Source: Escherichia coli O127:H6 str. E2348/69 | GTDB lineage: Bacteria; Pseudomonadota; Gammaproteobacteria; Enterobacterales; Enterobacteriaceae | Assembly (NCBI RefSeq): GCF_000026545.1 | Contig: NC_011601.1 | Strand: one strand, 5' to 3' | DNA length: 64,000 nucleotides | Part shown: positions 9,350-19,509 of the stretch, in pieces | Numbering within the stretch: the first letter of the stretch is position 1 | Layout: each line of letters starts with the position of its first letter | Translations under genes and position numbers: made by a program | Notes under the pieces: generated by a model | Seen by the model: only the letters and a program-made list of their open reading frames with translations | The model's database searches: none | Told to the model about the DNA's origin: nothing

Positions 9350-10416
9350 CGGGAAAATTTCTGCAGCAAAGAGAAGTCGCGTGCGACCAACATCAGCAGG
9401 CCCATTAGCATGAGTCCGGGTACTAACCACAAACCAGGAATGAGGGGAATCGCGCCGTTAGCCACCAGCGTACGGCAGACGTCGCCGCCATAAAAAATGG
9501 CAACAAACAGCAACGTCAGTGGCAATAACGTTGAAAATCGCCCTTGCCGCGGTTTTACCCGACTTAATGAAATGGCCAGCAGCGCCATCAACAATGCTGT
9601 CAGGCCACGGCTTTGTCGCCATTGCAGTTCGGCATGATCGGCAGGAAAGGCGGAGCGCGCCAGCTCCGTGACCGATTTTGCTTTGCGTTTGACGTTAGGG
9701 CTTTGATCCAGCGGATTCAGATGTAATTGCAGATTACGGTAGATCTGTTCGTTGTCGTCACGCCCCTGATGATCGAGAAGATAGGCGGTCCCGTTATGCA
9801 ACATAACGGTCGGTTTCTCAGGTGATGGGTCAACCACATCAACCGAACGGGCGCGGAAAATGCGGGTTCGATTAGCAGTAGAAGTATAAATCAGCGCGTC
9901 AGTCAGGCGATTATTATCCTGATCAACCGTCTGCGAAAGGATCATTCGTCCGTTATCGTTAGTGTTAAATTGCTTTGCCCGCAACTGGCGAACATCCAGC
10001 TCCGACTGTGACTGTTGCTCCAGTTGATAAATCTGCGCATAAGCCCACGGACGACCATACATCGACAGAAGGGTGACAAAAATACTTAGCGGTATCGCCA
10101 GATAAAGAACGGCTTTGTACAAGCGTCCCGGACTGCCCCCCGCCGCAGAGATAGCGGTAATTTCCGAGTCGGTATACATCTGCCCTAGCGTCACGCCAAC
10201 TGACACATACAGTCCAACAGGTAACAACATCTCCAGTGCAATCAGCACTTTGTAGAAAACGATATCCAGCACAACATCAAGAGCTAATGTCCCATTTGCC
10301 GCTTCGGTCAGATAACGCTGTGCGGAGTAGCTGGCGAAAATAAAGATCAGAAAACCGACGATAATCAGCACCAGACGGCGCGTACCACGCATGATGTAGT
10401 GTTCAACCAGCTTCAT
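9346..10416 (-). CDS. LptF-like permease (YjgP/YjgQ family)
   Basis: 356-aa ORF MKLVEHYIMRGTRRLVLIIVGFLIF...; hydrophobic N- and C-terminal segments with a central soluble domain, as in LptF/LptG; translationally coupled to the downstream permease. Confidence 0.75.
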   Translation of the reverse strand: MKLVEHYIMRGTRRLVLIIVGFLIFIFASYSAQRYLTEAANGTLALDVVLDIVFYKVLIALEMLLPVGLYVSVGVTLGQMYTDSEITAISAAGGSPGRLYKAVLYLAIPLSIFVTLLSMYGRPWAYAQIYQLEQQSQSELDVRQLRAKQFNTNDNGRMILSQTVDQDNNRLTDALIYTSTANRTRIFRARSVDVVDPSPEKPTVMLHNGTAYLLDHQGRDDNEQIYRNLQLHLNPLDQSPNVKRKAKSVTELARSAFPADHAELQWRQSRGLTALLMALLAISLSRVKPRQGRFSTLLPLTLLFVAIFYGGDVCRTLVANGAIPLIPGLWLVPGLMLMGLLMLVARDFSLLQKFSR

Positions 10417-10445
10417 CTCACTAACGCCCTCAATCCTTTGAATTT

Positions 10446-11009
10446 TTATTCATTGATCAGCTTCTGCGCCAGCGCAATGACATGATCTACCTCTTCCGGC
10501 GTCAGGCTGCCGTCCTTTGCCCACTGAATTTGCCCGGTTTTATTCAGCACCAGAATGGTTGAACTCTGCTCCTGCAAGTGCCAGGCAACGCGTCCCTGTC
10601 CATTGCCGTCAATAACGAATTGCGCCCATGGATAGCGGCGTTTATTTTTTTCGATTTTGCCAACGACAAAATAGCCGGTACCAAAGATGGCATCATCAGT
10701 GTTCACAATGGTGGTGGGCTGAAAACGATCCTGCGGAAAGTTTGCCGCTTCAACTGCTTTAATTAACAGTGAGTTCTTTTTCTTCGCCGACTTACGCCCG
10801 GCGATATACTGAATAATGCGAACTTTTCCTGCCAATTGGGTGCTGTTCCACTTTTGGTAGTGAATTTCGTCGTCGCTATTCCGAAGCAGCTCGCCGCCTT
10901 CCTGGATATAAACGGGGGTAACCGTTTTGCCAGTGACGAAATTGTGTGCCTGCACACCCGGGGCTAAGAGCATGATAATCAGCGCAATAATCAAACGAGA
11001 TGACATCAT
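10446..11009 (-). CDS. Secreted periplasmic protein, YtfJ-like
   Basis: 187-aa ORF with N-terminal signal peptide (MMSSRLIIALIIMLLAPGVQA); family assignment is from memory of YtfJ-type proteins, not a search. Confidence 0.5.
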   Translation of the reverse strand: MMSSRLIIALIIMLLAPGVQAHNFVTGKTVTPVYIQEGGELLRNSDDEIHYQKWNSTQLAGKVRIIQYIAGRKSAKKKNSLLIKAVEAANFPQDRFQPTTIVNTDDAIFGTGYFVVGKIEKNKRRYPWAQFVIDGNGQGRVAWHLQEQSSTILVLNKTGQIQWAKDGSLTPEEVDHVIALAQKLINE

Positions 11010-11017
11010 TGCTCCGG

Positions 11018-11842
11018 TTATAGCGGAAAACGCGAAATCAGCAGTTCTAAGCGCTGGCGAATATCGCTATCCAGCGCCATCGGTGCATCATACGACTGGC
11101 GGTTTTCCATATCATCCGCCACCATGTCGTCGTGTTTATCCCCCATCAGGCCATTAATGGCGGCGAGGAAGCGGGAAATCTGTAACGCCTCTTTATTTTC
11201 AGGATCAAGCGATCTTAAGGTGTCGTAATAAGAAACCTGCTGGCTGATGATTTTTCGCACATCATGAAATTCCCTGCCAGTTAGTTGCGGTTTAGCAATA
11301 ATCTCTTTCAGGATGTACATTTGCTTCTGGCGGTAGGCGATAAAACCGTTCACGGTTTCTAACTGGCTATGGCGCAATGAATAGTTCACCAGCCACCAGA
11401 CAGGGGAGCTCAAATAAACACGTAACAGGTTACCGTAAAACGACACAATATTTTTCTTACCGTTACGAAAGCCATCCTGAAAATGCCCAAGAAAAACGGT
11501 CGTTTTGCCGAATAAAAATCCAGCCTGATGCTTCTTTAAATACAGCCGTTGCGCAAAACGCAGATGCTTGTAGCGCGCTCGCATGTATTTAAACTGTTTG
11601 CGCTCGTCTGTCGTCAGCTCATCGCCTTTCGCCTGTTTGCGGATTAAACGCAGTAACTCCTGACGATTAACACCATCCAGCCAGAATTTCAGGCATAACG
11701 CGTAATTATCATGGATGATTTCGGTGGTACAACTTAGTGCGATAGTCGGCGGCAAACTGACCTGTGCATCAACAACATCATCTTCTTCAATCGCAACAAA
11801 TAGACGCTCGCTCGCCTCAAGCGGGAAATATTTTCTCATCAT
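11018..11842 (-). CDS. Hypothetical basic protein, operon member of unknown function
   Basis: 274-aa ORF with no signal peptide or obvious transmembrane segments; start overlaps the yghQ stop by 1 nt; no recognisable catalytic motif. Confidence 0.6.
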   Translation of the reverse strand: MMRKYFPLEASERLFVAIEEDDVVDAQVSLPPTIALSCTTEIIHDNYALCLKFWLDGVNRQELLRLIRKQAKGDELTTDERKQFKYMRARYKHLRFAQRLYLKKHQAGFLFGKTTVFLGHFQDGFRNGKKNIVSFYGNLLRVYLSSPVWWLVNYSLRHSQLETVNGFIAYRQKQMYILKEIIAKPQLTGREFHDVRKIISQQVSYYDTLRSLDPENKEALQISRFLAAINGLMGDKHDDMVADDMENRQSYDAPMALDSDIRQRLELLISRFPL

Positions 11843-13191
11843 CAGGATTTCTCTCCGGTTGAGTTATAAAGCAAGGAATGGCGCTGAAAAAATGCCTTTA
11901 AGGTCGGAATTAGCGAGAGCACCACATCCAGACATTGCCCACCGAAGTAAGCAAATGCAGCCCCCAGCACGCCAAACAGATGACAGAACATGAACAGCAA
12001 TACGATGTAGCCGATTGAGGCGATGGTTTGCGCCACGAGAAAAGCGCGCTGTTTTCCCGCCATCAATAGCAATGACTCCTGTGGGAAGCCCAGCATCGAA
12101 ATCACAATTGCGCCCAGCATCACCTGAATCAGGTCATACGCTTCGAGATACTTAACGCCAAACACCAGCGAAATGAGCGGCTTGCCGACGATCAACACCG
12201 CGAGCGCCACCAGAATACCGATTCCGCCCGCCAGTAAACCGGACTTCACGCCTAACAACCACGGTCTGGTGGTGCGTGGATCTAAACGCATCACCTCTGG
12301 ATAAAAACTTTTGCCCAGTAAACCCGCTGGCGTTCCGGCGGCATCGAAGAATGTCATGGCGATTTTAAATAACCCGACAGCAGCGGGTCCTAACACGATC
12401 CCCACCAACACTGTGCTGCACGAGTTACGCGCCGACCAGATGGAGTGGGCAATGTTGGTTGACCAGACAAAACTCCACGCGCCTTTAATGTGTCGGGCAG
12501 ACTCAAACAGATTCAATTTGAAGGCGTTATGGATATTTCTGCGGCGTAATTCGCGCGCGGCAAACCACCAGTACATGGTGCCGCCAACCAGATTCGACAC
12601 GTACCAGGCAATAACAAAACCCGCAAAACCAAAGTCAAAATACCAGGCTACGACGCTCCCCGCTGCGCGCAGAAAAGGTTTCGTCGCCTGCTGTACAGCA
12701 ATCAAATCAAAGCGATCTACCGCACGCAGAATGCCGGTCGGCGTGGAGGAAGCCATTGAAGGAATGAGCGTGCAATAGAGCGCCGCCAGCCAAAAGCTTT
12801 GGTCATCCAGACCTAATGAATGGGAAAGGAATGGCAGTAAGGCAATGCCGCCGACAATCGCCACCGCGCCGCTGACGATATCCAGCGAGAAGGAAAATGA
12901 GACAACATTGCGAAATTGCTGCGGATTATTGTTGGTCAAGGCCGGCGTTCCGTACTGGACCACCAGTTGCCATGTCTGAAACTTAATAAAATCGCTGATC
13001 GATTTGGCGTACGATTGCACAATTACCAGTACGCCAAACATGGCGGGCGTCATCCCTTTACCGGCACACGAGAGCGCCAACAGCCCCAGCAAAGCGCTCA
13101 CAACATTACTGGAGCCTAACCAGGCGCTATTGCGAATAATGGTGCGAAACGCGCCATCTGCAAACCAATGTTTGATGTTTAAACCCGCCAA
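11842..13191 (-). CDS. yghQ: Polysaccharide/lipid flippase-like inner membrane protein (MOP superfamily), full-length YghQ
   Basis: 449-aa polytopic membrane ORF; the K-12 YghQ is remembered as shorter (N-terminally truncated), and this copy appears to be the intact form. Confidence 0.8.
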   Translation of the reverse strand: MAGLNIKHWFADGAFRTIIRNSAWLGSSNVVSALLGLLALSCAGKGMTPAMFGVLVIVQSYAKSISDFIKFQTWQLVVQYGTPALTNNNPQQFRNVVSFSFSLDIVSGAVAIVGGIALLPFLSHSLGLDDQSFWLAALYCTLIPSMASSTPTGILRAVDRFDLIAVQQATKPFLRAAGSVVAWYFDFGFAGFVIAWYVSNLVGGTMYWWFAARELRRRNIHNAFKLNLFESARHIKGAWSFVWSTNIAHSIWSARNSCSTVLVGIVLGPAAVGLFKIAMTFFDAAGTPAGLLGKSFYPEVMRLDPRTTRPWLLGVKSGLLAGGIGILVALAVLIVGKPLISLVFGVKYLEAYDLIQVMLGAIVISMLGFPQESLLLMAGKQRAFLVAQTIASIGYIVLLFMFCHLFGVLGAAFAYFGGQCLDVVLSLIPTLKAFFQRHSLLYNSTGEKS

Positions 13192-13236
13192 TTCAGCCTG
13201 ACCTTATCGTTGATAGTAAAAAGTATCCCGCCAGCC

Positions 13237-13995
13237 TTAAGTTAAACTTCGGCGGTCAGAAACGATGGCAACCAGAGAAACCGCCTTCTGTGCCTGTTCC
13301 AGCACCTCGCTGTAAGGCGCTCTGGAATCAATCTCAAGAATTTTTGTGCCGTTATAGCCAATCGTCGACATGACGCCGATTTTGTCCTGCAGCTCGGCAT
13401 AGTCATGGTCAGGCTTGCGGGAGATGGCAGTATCAATATCAATCCCCAAGCGAATGATTAATTCAGGACGGTATTGCGCCATTTGTTGGTATAAGCGCCG
13501 TTCGCGCTGCGCCAGAAACATGCTGATTTTCCCGGTCGCACGTTCGACGCCGATCCCCGGTCCGTCATAATAAAAGCCCGAAATTTCAGCCTGCGGGAAG
13601 CGATCGCTGACCACCAGAACGCCACTTTGCGCCAGTCGCTGAACCTTGCGCAGATTCGCCATTCTTCGCAGCGAGAAGCAGTACATAATCACCGCCGCCC
13701 ATAGCGCCGGAGATTTGGTTTTCATGCTTTGGGTTTTCGAGGATTTGGCCGCCAGTCGCCGTTCCAGCCAGACGCCAACCAACGGCAACCGTTTGATTTT
13801 GTCGCCGTCTTCGCCTGAGAGCAGCCCCAGATAGCGGCGCTCGGTTTGCCAGTGTTGTTGCAGCGATTTCACCAGGTCAGTGGTCAGTGTGGATTTACCG
13901 GTGCCATCACACCCGACCACCGCAATCAGCCCCGGAATGTAGTTGGGCTGCGGCGCGGTTGTACTCTTAACAGTTTGTGTTTGTAGTGCATCCAT
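13237..13995 (-). CDS. yghR: P-loop NTPase, kinase-like (YghR)
   Basis: 252-aa ORF; Walker A GCDGTGKST plus VVSDRFPQ (DRY/F-like motif of nucleoside/nucleotide-kinase-fold proteins); paralogue of the next two genes. Confidence 0.85.
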   Translation of the reverse strand: MDALQTQTVKSTTAPQPNYIPGLIAVVGCDGTGKSTLTTDLVKSLQQHWQTERRYLGLLSGEDGDKIKRLPLVGVWLERRLAAKSSKTQSMKTKSPALWAAVIMYCFSLRRMANLRKVQRLAQSGVLVVSDRFPQAEISGFYYDGPGIGVERATGKISMFLAQRERRLYQQMAQYRPELIIRLGIDIDTAISRKPDHDYAELQDKIGVMSTIGYNGTKILEIDSRAPYSEVLEQAQKAVSLVAIVSDRRSLT

Positions 13996-14026
13996 TCGTT
14001 AAATCATCCCCTATCCATTTTGGTGA

Positions 14027-14740
14027 TCAGGAAAGCGCGGCGTGAATTGCGCGTAGTGACGCTTGCAGAATTTCATCGGCTGGTTGCCGACCATCCAGTT
14101 CAAGGATCTTTGCGCCATTGAATGTCAGTTGCGGCGTAACGGCGATTTTTTCCTGTAACGCTGCCAGTTGGTGGTCAGGTTTACGCGCAAACGCGGTTTG
14201 TTCATCAATGCCAAGACGAATCAACAATACGGGCAAATAAGACGCCATCCATTGGTACAGCTTCAGCTCGCGCTGCCTTAACATTTTTATCCAACCGTTA
14301 CCGCCCGTGGTTTTTGCCAATTGCGGGCCATCAAAGCGAAAACCCGGCACTTCAACCTGCGGGTAGCGGTCGGTGATGAGCAGATAGCCTTGCTGGCTTT
14401 TACACAACATTTTGCGAAACTTGTACGCCCGCCAGCAGGAAAGCAGATAGATAACCAGCGCAGTAATATTGCCAGGCGGTGTTAAGGGCTTTTCGTGCAC
14501 ATGTGCCGCTTTACTTCGCAAATAACGCCCAAAAGGTGCGCCAATAACAGGGAGCTGTGAAATCCATTCGCCAATTCGCCCGGACGATTGCCCGAGATAA
14601 ATGTGTTCTGTTGGCATTCTTGATGCCAGTTCATTTACCAGGCTTGCCGTGAGGGTCGATTTACCTGAACCATCACATCCTACAATGGCAATAACACGCA
14701 CTGGCGTGGAATTAATTATTGACATATTACGTTGATTCAC
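14027..14740 (-). CDS. yghS: P-loop NTPase, kinase-like (YghS)
   Basis: 237-aa ORF; Walker A GCDGSGKST and LITDRYPQ motif; paralogue of YghR and YghT. Confidence 0.85.
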   Translation of the reverse strand: MNQRNMSIINSTPVRVIAIVGCDGSGKSTLTASLVNELASRMPTEHIYLGQSSGRIGEWISQLPVIGAPFGRYLRSKAAHVHEKPLTPPGNITALVIYLLSCWRAYKFRKMLCKSQQGYLLITDRYPQVEVPGFRFDGPQLAKTTGGNGWIKMLRQRELKLYQWMASYLPVLLIRLGIDEQTAFARKPDHQLAALQEKIAVTPQLTFNGAKILELDGRQPADEILQASLRAIHAALS

Positions 14741-14914
14741 GAAAAACCCGGCAGCAAATAATGTATTGAATATTACGTGGTCCGTGCTCAGAATATCCGT
14801 TCAACCTTATTGTGACAATGGTTAATTGTGACATTGACCTGAATTACGCTTTCATCAAAAACATATTAACCAAATAAATATTTTGGATGGACATTTAAAT
14901 TTAAGGATATATTC

Positions 14915-15607
14915 ATGCAGTCAATAATACCTCCATTAATTGCCGTTATTGGTAGCGATGGTTCAGGCAAGTCAACGGTGTGTGAACATCTTATTACCGT
15001 TGTCGAAAAATATGGTGCTGCCGAAAGGGTTCATTTAGGAAAACAGGCCGGAAATGTCGGTCGTGCAGTGACAAAATTACCGTTGATGGGAAAATCCTTA
15101 CATAAAACAATTGAACGAAATCAGGTAAAAATAGCAAAAAAATTGCCGGGACCAGTTCCGGCGCTGGTAATTACAGCGTTTGTCGCCCGCCGCTTACTGC
15201 GCTTTCGTCATATGCTTGCCTGTCGTCGTCGCGGGTTAATTGTTTTAACCGACCGTTATCCGCAGGAACAGATTCCTGGCGCTTATGATGGTACGGTGTT
15301 CCCGCCTAACGTTGAAGGTGGTCGTTTTGTCTCATGGCTGGCAAGTCAGGAACGTAAAGCATTTCACTGGATGGCGAGCCATAAGCCCGATCTGGTCATC
15401 AAACTCAATGTCGATCTGGACGTAGCCTGCGCGCGTAAGCCTGACCACAAAAGAGAATCGCTGGAAAGGAAGATAGCAATAACGCCACAGTTAACCTTTG
15501 GAGGCGCGCAACTGGTTGATATCGATGCCAATCAACCGCTGGAACAAGTGCTGGTTGATGCGGAAAAAGCGATTACGGATTTTATGACCGCGCGTGGTTA
15601 TCACTAG
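14915..15607 (+). CDS. yghT: P-loop NTPase, kinase-like (YghT)
   Basis: 230-aa ORF; Walker [10 protein letters not shown] and VLTDRYPQ motif; divergently transcribed from yghS. Confidence 0.85.
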   Translation: MQSIIPPLIAVIGSDGSGKSTVCEHLITVVEKYGAAERVHLGKQAGNVGRAVTKLPLMGKSLHKTIERNQVKIAKKLPGPVPALVITAFVARRLLRFRHMLACRRRGLIVLTDRYPQEQIPGAYDGTVFPPNVEGGRFVSWLASQERKAFHWMASHKPDLVIKLNVDLDVACARKPDHKRESLERKIAITPQLTFGGAQLVDIDANQPLEQVLVDAEKAITDFMTARGYH

Positions 15608-15655
15608 TCAAAAATGGAAATGCCCGATCGCCAGGACCGGGCATTTTCAGGAAGG

Positions 15656-17155
15656 TTAAATCAACTGCAATGCTATCCAGTACAACCCACCAGAAAGAAA
15701 AATCGCCGCCGGTAAAGTAAATACCCACGCCATCAGGATGCTGGTTACCGTTTTACGCTGTAACCCACCGCCGTCCACCACCATCGTCCCTGCTACTGCA
15801 GACGAGAGTACGTGTGTTGTGGAGACGGGCATCCCAATATAACTGGCAAGGCCGATAGACACTGCCGCCGTCATCTGTGCCGCCATGCCTTGCGCATACG
15901 TCATGCCGCGCTTACCAATCTTCTCACCGATGGTCATCGCTACACGACGCCAGCCAATCATGGTGCCGATGCCGAGCGCCAGTGCTACCGCCATGATGAT
16001 CCATACCGGTGCGTACTCAATGGTGCTTAACATATCGCTGCGCAGTTTTTTCAGCAGGTTCTGGTCTTCTTTACTGACGCCTGGCAGTTTCGCCAGCTTC
16101 GCGGAGGTATCAGAGATGCACAGCATAATGCGGCGCAGCTGGCTGCGCTGACTCACGCTTAACGGCTCGTAACTTTCCATATTGCCTGGCAGCATCGTTT
16201 TAACGCGCGCAATCGCATCAAAGGTATTTGCCGGATGACAGTGAAACTCTGTTACTTGCGTGCCATCAGTCGATGTCGCAGGCAATGGAGGTTCCATCGT
16301 AATCAACTTCTGCGGCAGTTCAGGATGCTGTTGCAGGTAGTGTTCGAAGTTGGTGACGGCATCGCGGGTACGGGTAATTTCATAGCCGGACGCATTCATA
16401 TTGACGACAAACCCGGCGGGAGCAATCCCCACCAGCACCAGCATCACCAGACCAATTCCTTTCTGCCCGTCGTTCGCGCCGTGCGAAAACGCCACGCCCG
16501 CAGCGGAAACAATGAGGGCAATACGCGTCCAGAATGGCGGCTTACGTTTGCCTTTTTTCTTTTGGCGATCTTCCGGAATGCGGTGAATACGGTCACGCTT
16601 TTTCGTCCCGCTCCAGTAGCGACGCAGCAGAAAAATCAGCCCCCCCGCAATCACCAGCCCCACGATGGGGGAGACAATGAGTGAAGAGAAAATCTTGGTG
16701 ACTTCGCGCAGGTTTAACGCATCCATCACCGACGAACCATTTAACAGCGCGTTGGTTAAACCGATGCCGATAATCGCACCAATCAAAGTGTGCGAACTGG
16801 AGGCCGGTAAACCAAAGAACCACGTTCCCAGATTCCAGATAATCGCCGCCAGCAGCATGGAAAAGACCATCGCCAGACCGTGAGTTGACCCCATATTCAG
16901 CAACAAATCGGTTGGCAACATATGGACGATGGCATAGGCAACGCTAAGCCCGCCAAGCAATACGCCAAAAAAGTTAAAAAATGCCGCCATGACTACAGCA
17001 AGCTGTGGTTGCATGGCACGGGTATAAATAACGGTTGCCACCGCATTCGCTGTGTCATGAAAACCATTGATTGCTTCATAGAACAACACAAATGCCAGAG
17101 CAAGTAATAACAAAAGCCCCGTATATATATCAAGGCCAACAAATAAATTTAGCAT
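15656..17155 (-). CDS. pitB: Low-affinity inorganic phosphate transporter PitB
   Basis: 499-aa polytopic ORF recognised as E. coli PitB (PiT family). Confidence 0.9.
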   Translation of the reverse strand: MLNLFVGLDIYTGLLLLLALAFVLFYEAINGFHDTANAVATVIYTRAMQPQLAVVMAAFFNFFGVLLGGLSVAYAIVHMLPTDLLLNMGSTHGLAMVFSMLLAAIIWNLGTWFFGLPASSSHTLIGAIIGIGLTNALLNGSSVMDALNLREVTKIFSSLIVSPIVGLVIAGGLIFLLRRYWSGTKKRDRIHRIPEDRQKKKGKRKPPFWTRIALIVSAAGVAFSHGANDGQKGIGLVMLVLVGIAPAGFVVNMNASGYEITRTRDAVTNFEHYLQQHPELPQKLITMEPPLPATSTDGTQVTEFHCHPANTFDAIARVKTMLPGNMESYEPLSVSQRSQLRRIMLCISDTSAKLAKLPGVSKEDQNLLKKLRSDMLSTIEYAPVWIIMAVALALGIGTMIGWRRVAMTIGEKIGKRGMTYAQGMAAQMTAAVSIGLASYIGMPVSTTHVLSSAVAGTMVVDGGGLQRKTVTSILMAWVFTLPAAIFLSGGLYWIALQLI

Positions 17156-17445
17156 ATATTAGATTACGCCATTTTGAATTTACGAACGGAGGCATTATCA
17201 GTGACTTTCACGGCGTGGGCAAAGTGAAATATCATTTTTTAACGATAAAAAGCGTGTTATTTCTTGTGTATCAGACAATAAGCCTTCATTCAAAGCTTTT
17301 AGAAATAATTAATACACTGAAATTTCGTTAGTTGATATATTCATGTACAGAATACATATATAATAAATATATAAGAATTAAATGCTTTGATTAATCCCCG
17401 TACTGATTATTCATCATAATCAGTACGGAGTTGCTACAACATGTA

Positions 17446-19305
17446 TTACTCTTTTACCACAATTAACGGCTCAATATCACTCTCTTTTTTGATGACCAGT
17501 GATTCATCACCGCGTAAGCAAGTCCCACCGTAGTTGCCGCCAACGGTGAAGGTACATACCTGAATGTATTTACCGTCCACTTTCGGCAAACACCACAGTT
17601 GCTGATAGATGTTTTTCTGCTCGGCAAATTTACCGCTGGTTTTGTCCAGCACCTCTTCATGATGGCTGACGAGGTCGATGTTACTGCCACAGCGACCGGC
17701 GATCGGTTTAACGGCATAACCGGTTTTCACCAGCTCATCATTCACGGTGAAGTCAGTATCCAACAGATAACGATGGTGCGGGAACAGAGACCAGAGGATC
17801 GGCAGAATCGCTTTGTTGCCGGGGATCACTGTCCACAGAGGTTCAAAGACCAGCACTTCCGGGCGCAGCAATACGTCGATAAGACGCACTTCATTTTGCG
17901 GATGACCGGTACGGATCGGCACCGCAGCAAACTCACGGTCGCTAACTTCACGAATCTGATCAAACGCGGTTTCCCACGCCCAGGTTTTCCACACGCAGTT
18001 AACCAGTCGCCCTTCCCCATCAATCAGTTGCCCGGCAGCATCCCAGCCCAGTTCATCCAGCCCGCGCAAGATACGCGTTTCAAAGCCCGCCTGGTGCAGC
18101 GCCTGCTCCATAAACTGCGCGTGATAGTTTTCCTCGATATCTTTGTCCTGCATGATATGGACAAACGGACGTGCACGACTGTGTTTCCAGGCACCAGCCA
18201 GTTCGTTAATCAGCCCTTCCGCCGGATTGAAGCCGTTGCCTTTATAGCCCTGCTCCGCCCAACGTTCGAGGATCAAGCCAGCTTCGGTATGACAGGAGGC
18301 GGAGTCGGCGTTGTATTCGTAGACCTTCAGGCCACGTTCGTCCATACAGAAATCCATACGACCGGTGATCATATGGTGACGGCGACGCTGCCAGGAGAGA
18401 CGCAAACGTGGCCAGAGGATTTTTGGGATGTCGAACAGCGCCAGCAGGTTGTCATCTTTCAGCACCTTGTCGGTTGCGTGAAGATACATCAGGTGCAGTT
18501 CGTTGGTGGCTTTAATCAGCTCCTGCTCTGCGCTCTCGGTAATGGTGTAGTAATGATACGGATCCTGATTGATCACCTGACCGTTGGCCTGCACATAGGC
18601 GTTTTGTAGCGGATCTTTTTCATCCAGCCATTTACCGTCAAACTGGCCTTTGTTTTCCAGACGCGCTCCGCTGATTTTCAGCAGCTCGCCTGCAATTTCC
18701 GGCTGCGGTAAGCTGTATTCAGTATCTTCCGTCTGGATCATCCAGCCCAGAATAGTGGTGTCATCGAAGGTGTCTTTCAGGGTATAGCAGCCGTTTTCGA
18801 CCACCATCTCCAGCTCGCGTGTCCACTGTTGCCCTTGCGGCAACGGGGAATGAATCACGTTCTGTTCCGCAATACGGACTTTGTTGCCATGCAATTGGGT
18901 AATGATGGCGACATGGCCAGTGTCTTTAAATTCACCGCCTTTATCCCAGATAAGAAGCGCCCCCGCTACCGGTGCACGCGGCGAACCGTTAGGAAATGCC
19001 TGCAATGGCAGGATGTTGTCATTGACCACTTCACGCAAGAAGCGCAGTGAGAAAATCTCCCATGCCATACCCACGTCAGTGAAGACTACACCGTAGTTCA
19101 GAAAGAGAAAACGGCGAGCAAATTCAACGCATTGCCATTTGTGGCCCATATATTCATCGTCGATATAGCTACGGAATACGGCGTCATCTTCGTATTCCTG
19201 CGGATCGAGAGAACTGTAATCTGAAGAGTAGATTGCTACCCCACCTGGGGCGTAGCCCAATAATGTCCCGAACGGGGCATCCTGGCTGGTCGTTCCTTTG
19301 CTCAT
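17446..19305 (-). CDS. gss: Bifunctional glutathionylspermidine synthetase/amidase
   Basis: ORF 17446..19308; start placed at the second Met (MSKGTTSQDAPFGTLLGYAPGG...), giving the 619-aa Gss remembered for E. coli. Confidence 0.9.
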   Translation of the reverse strand: MSKGTTSQDAPFGTLLGYAPGGVAIYSSDYSSLDPQEYEDDAVFRSYIDDEYMGHKWQCVEFARRFLFLNYGVVFTDVGMAWEIFSLRFLREVVNDNILPLQAFPNGSPRAPVAGALLIWDKGGEFKDTGHVAIITQLHGNKVRIAEQNVIHSPLPQGQQWTRELEMVVENGCYTLKDTFDDTTILGWMIQTEDTEYSLPQPEIAGELLKISGARLENKGQFDGKWLDEKDPLQNAYVQANGQVINQDPYHYYTITESAEQELIKATNELHLMYLHATDKVLKDDNLLALFDIPKILWPRLRLSWQRRRHHMITGRMDFCMDERGLKVYEYNADSASCHTEAGLILERWAEQGYKGNGFNPAEGLINELAGAWKHSRARPFVHIMQDKDIEENYHAQFMEQALHQAGFETRILRGLDELGWDAAGQLIDGEGRLVNCVWKTWAWETAFDQIREVSDREFAAVPIRTGHPQNEVRLIDVLLRPEVLVFEPLWTVIPGNKAILPILWSLFPHHRYLLDTDFTVNDELVKTGYAVKPIAGRCGSNIDLVSHHEEVLDKTSGKFAEQKNIYQQLWCLPKVDGKYIQVCTFTVGGNYGGTCLRGDESLVIKKESDIEPLIVVKE

Positions 19306-19509
19306 CACTTTACCTTTAACAATACAACCTAAGCAGTTGGCGTAATTGTTGTGCTCTGATTACCTGCTCAGCGACATTAACCGGACAGAGGTCAGAGTAA
19401 TCATACACCTCATCGCAGCGGCTGGCGCAAAGGGTTAAAAAATTCACATTCTGTACAGCAAGTGACCTGCTACACTGCTTCAACACTACCACTCAGAAGG
19501 CAACTCACT

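Noticed and set aside
13237-15607. YghR/S/T as the missing ABC ATPases for the LptFG-like permeases
   Set aside because: They have a Walker A motif but no ABC signature (LSGGQ) or Q/H-loop arrangement; the DR(Y/F)PQ motif points to a nucleotide-kinase-like fold instead.
17599-18609. 336-aa ORF on the plus strand inside gss
   Set aside because: Antisense shadow ORF of the glutathionylspermidine synthetase gene.
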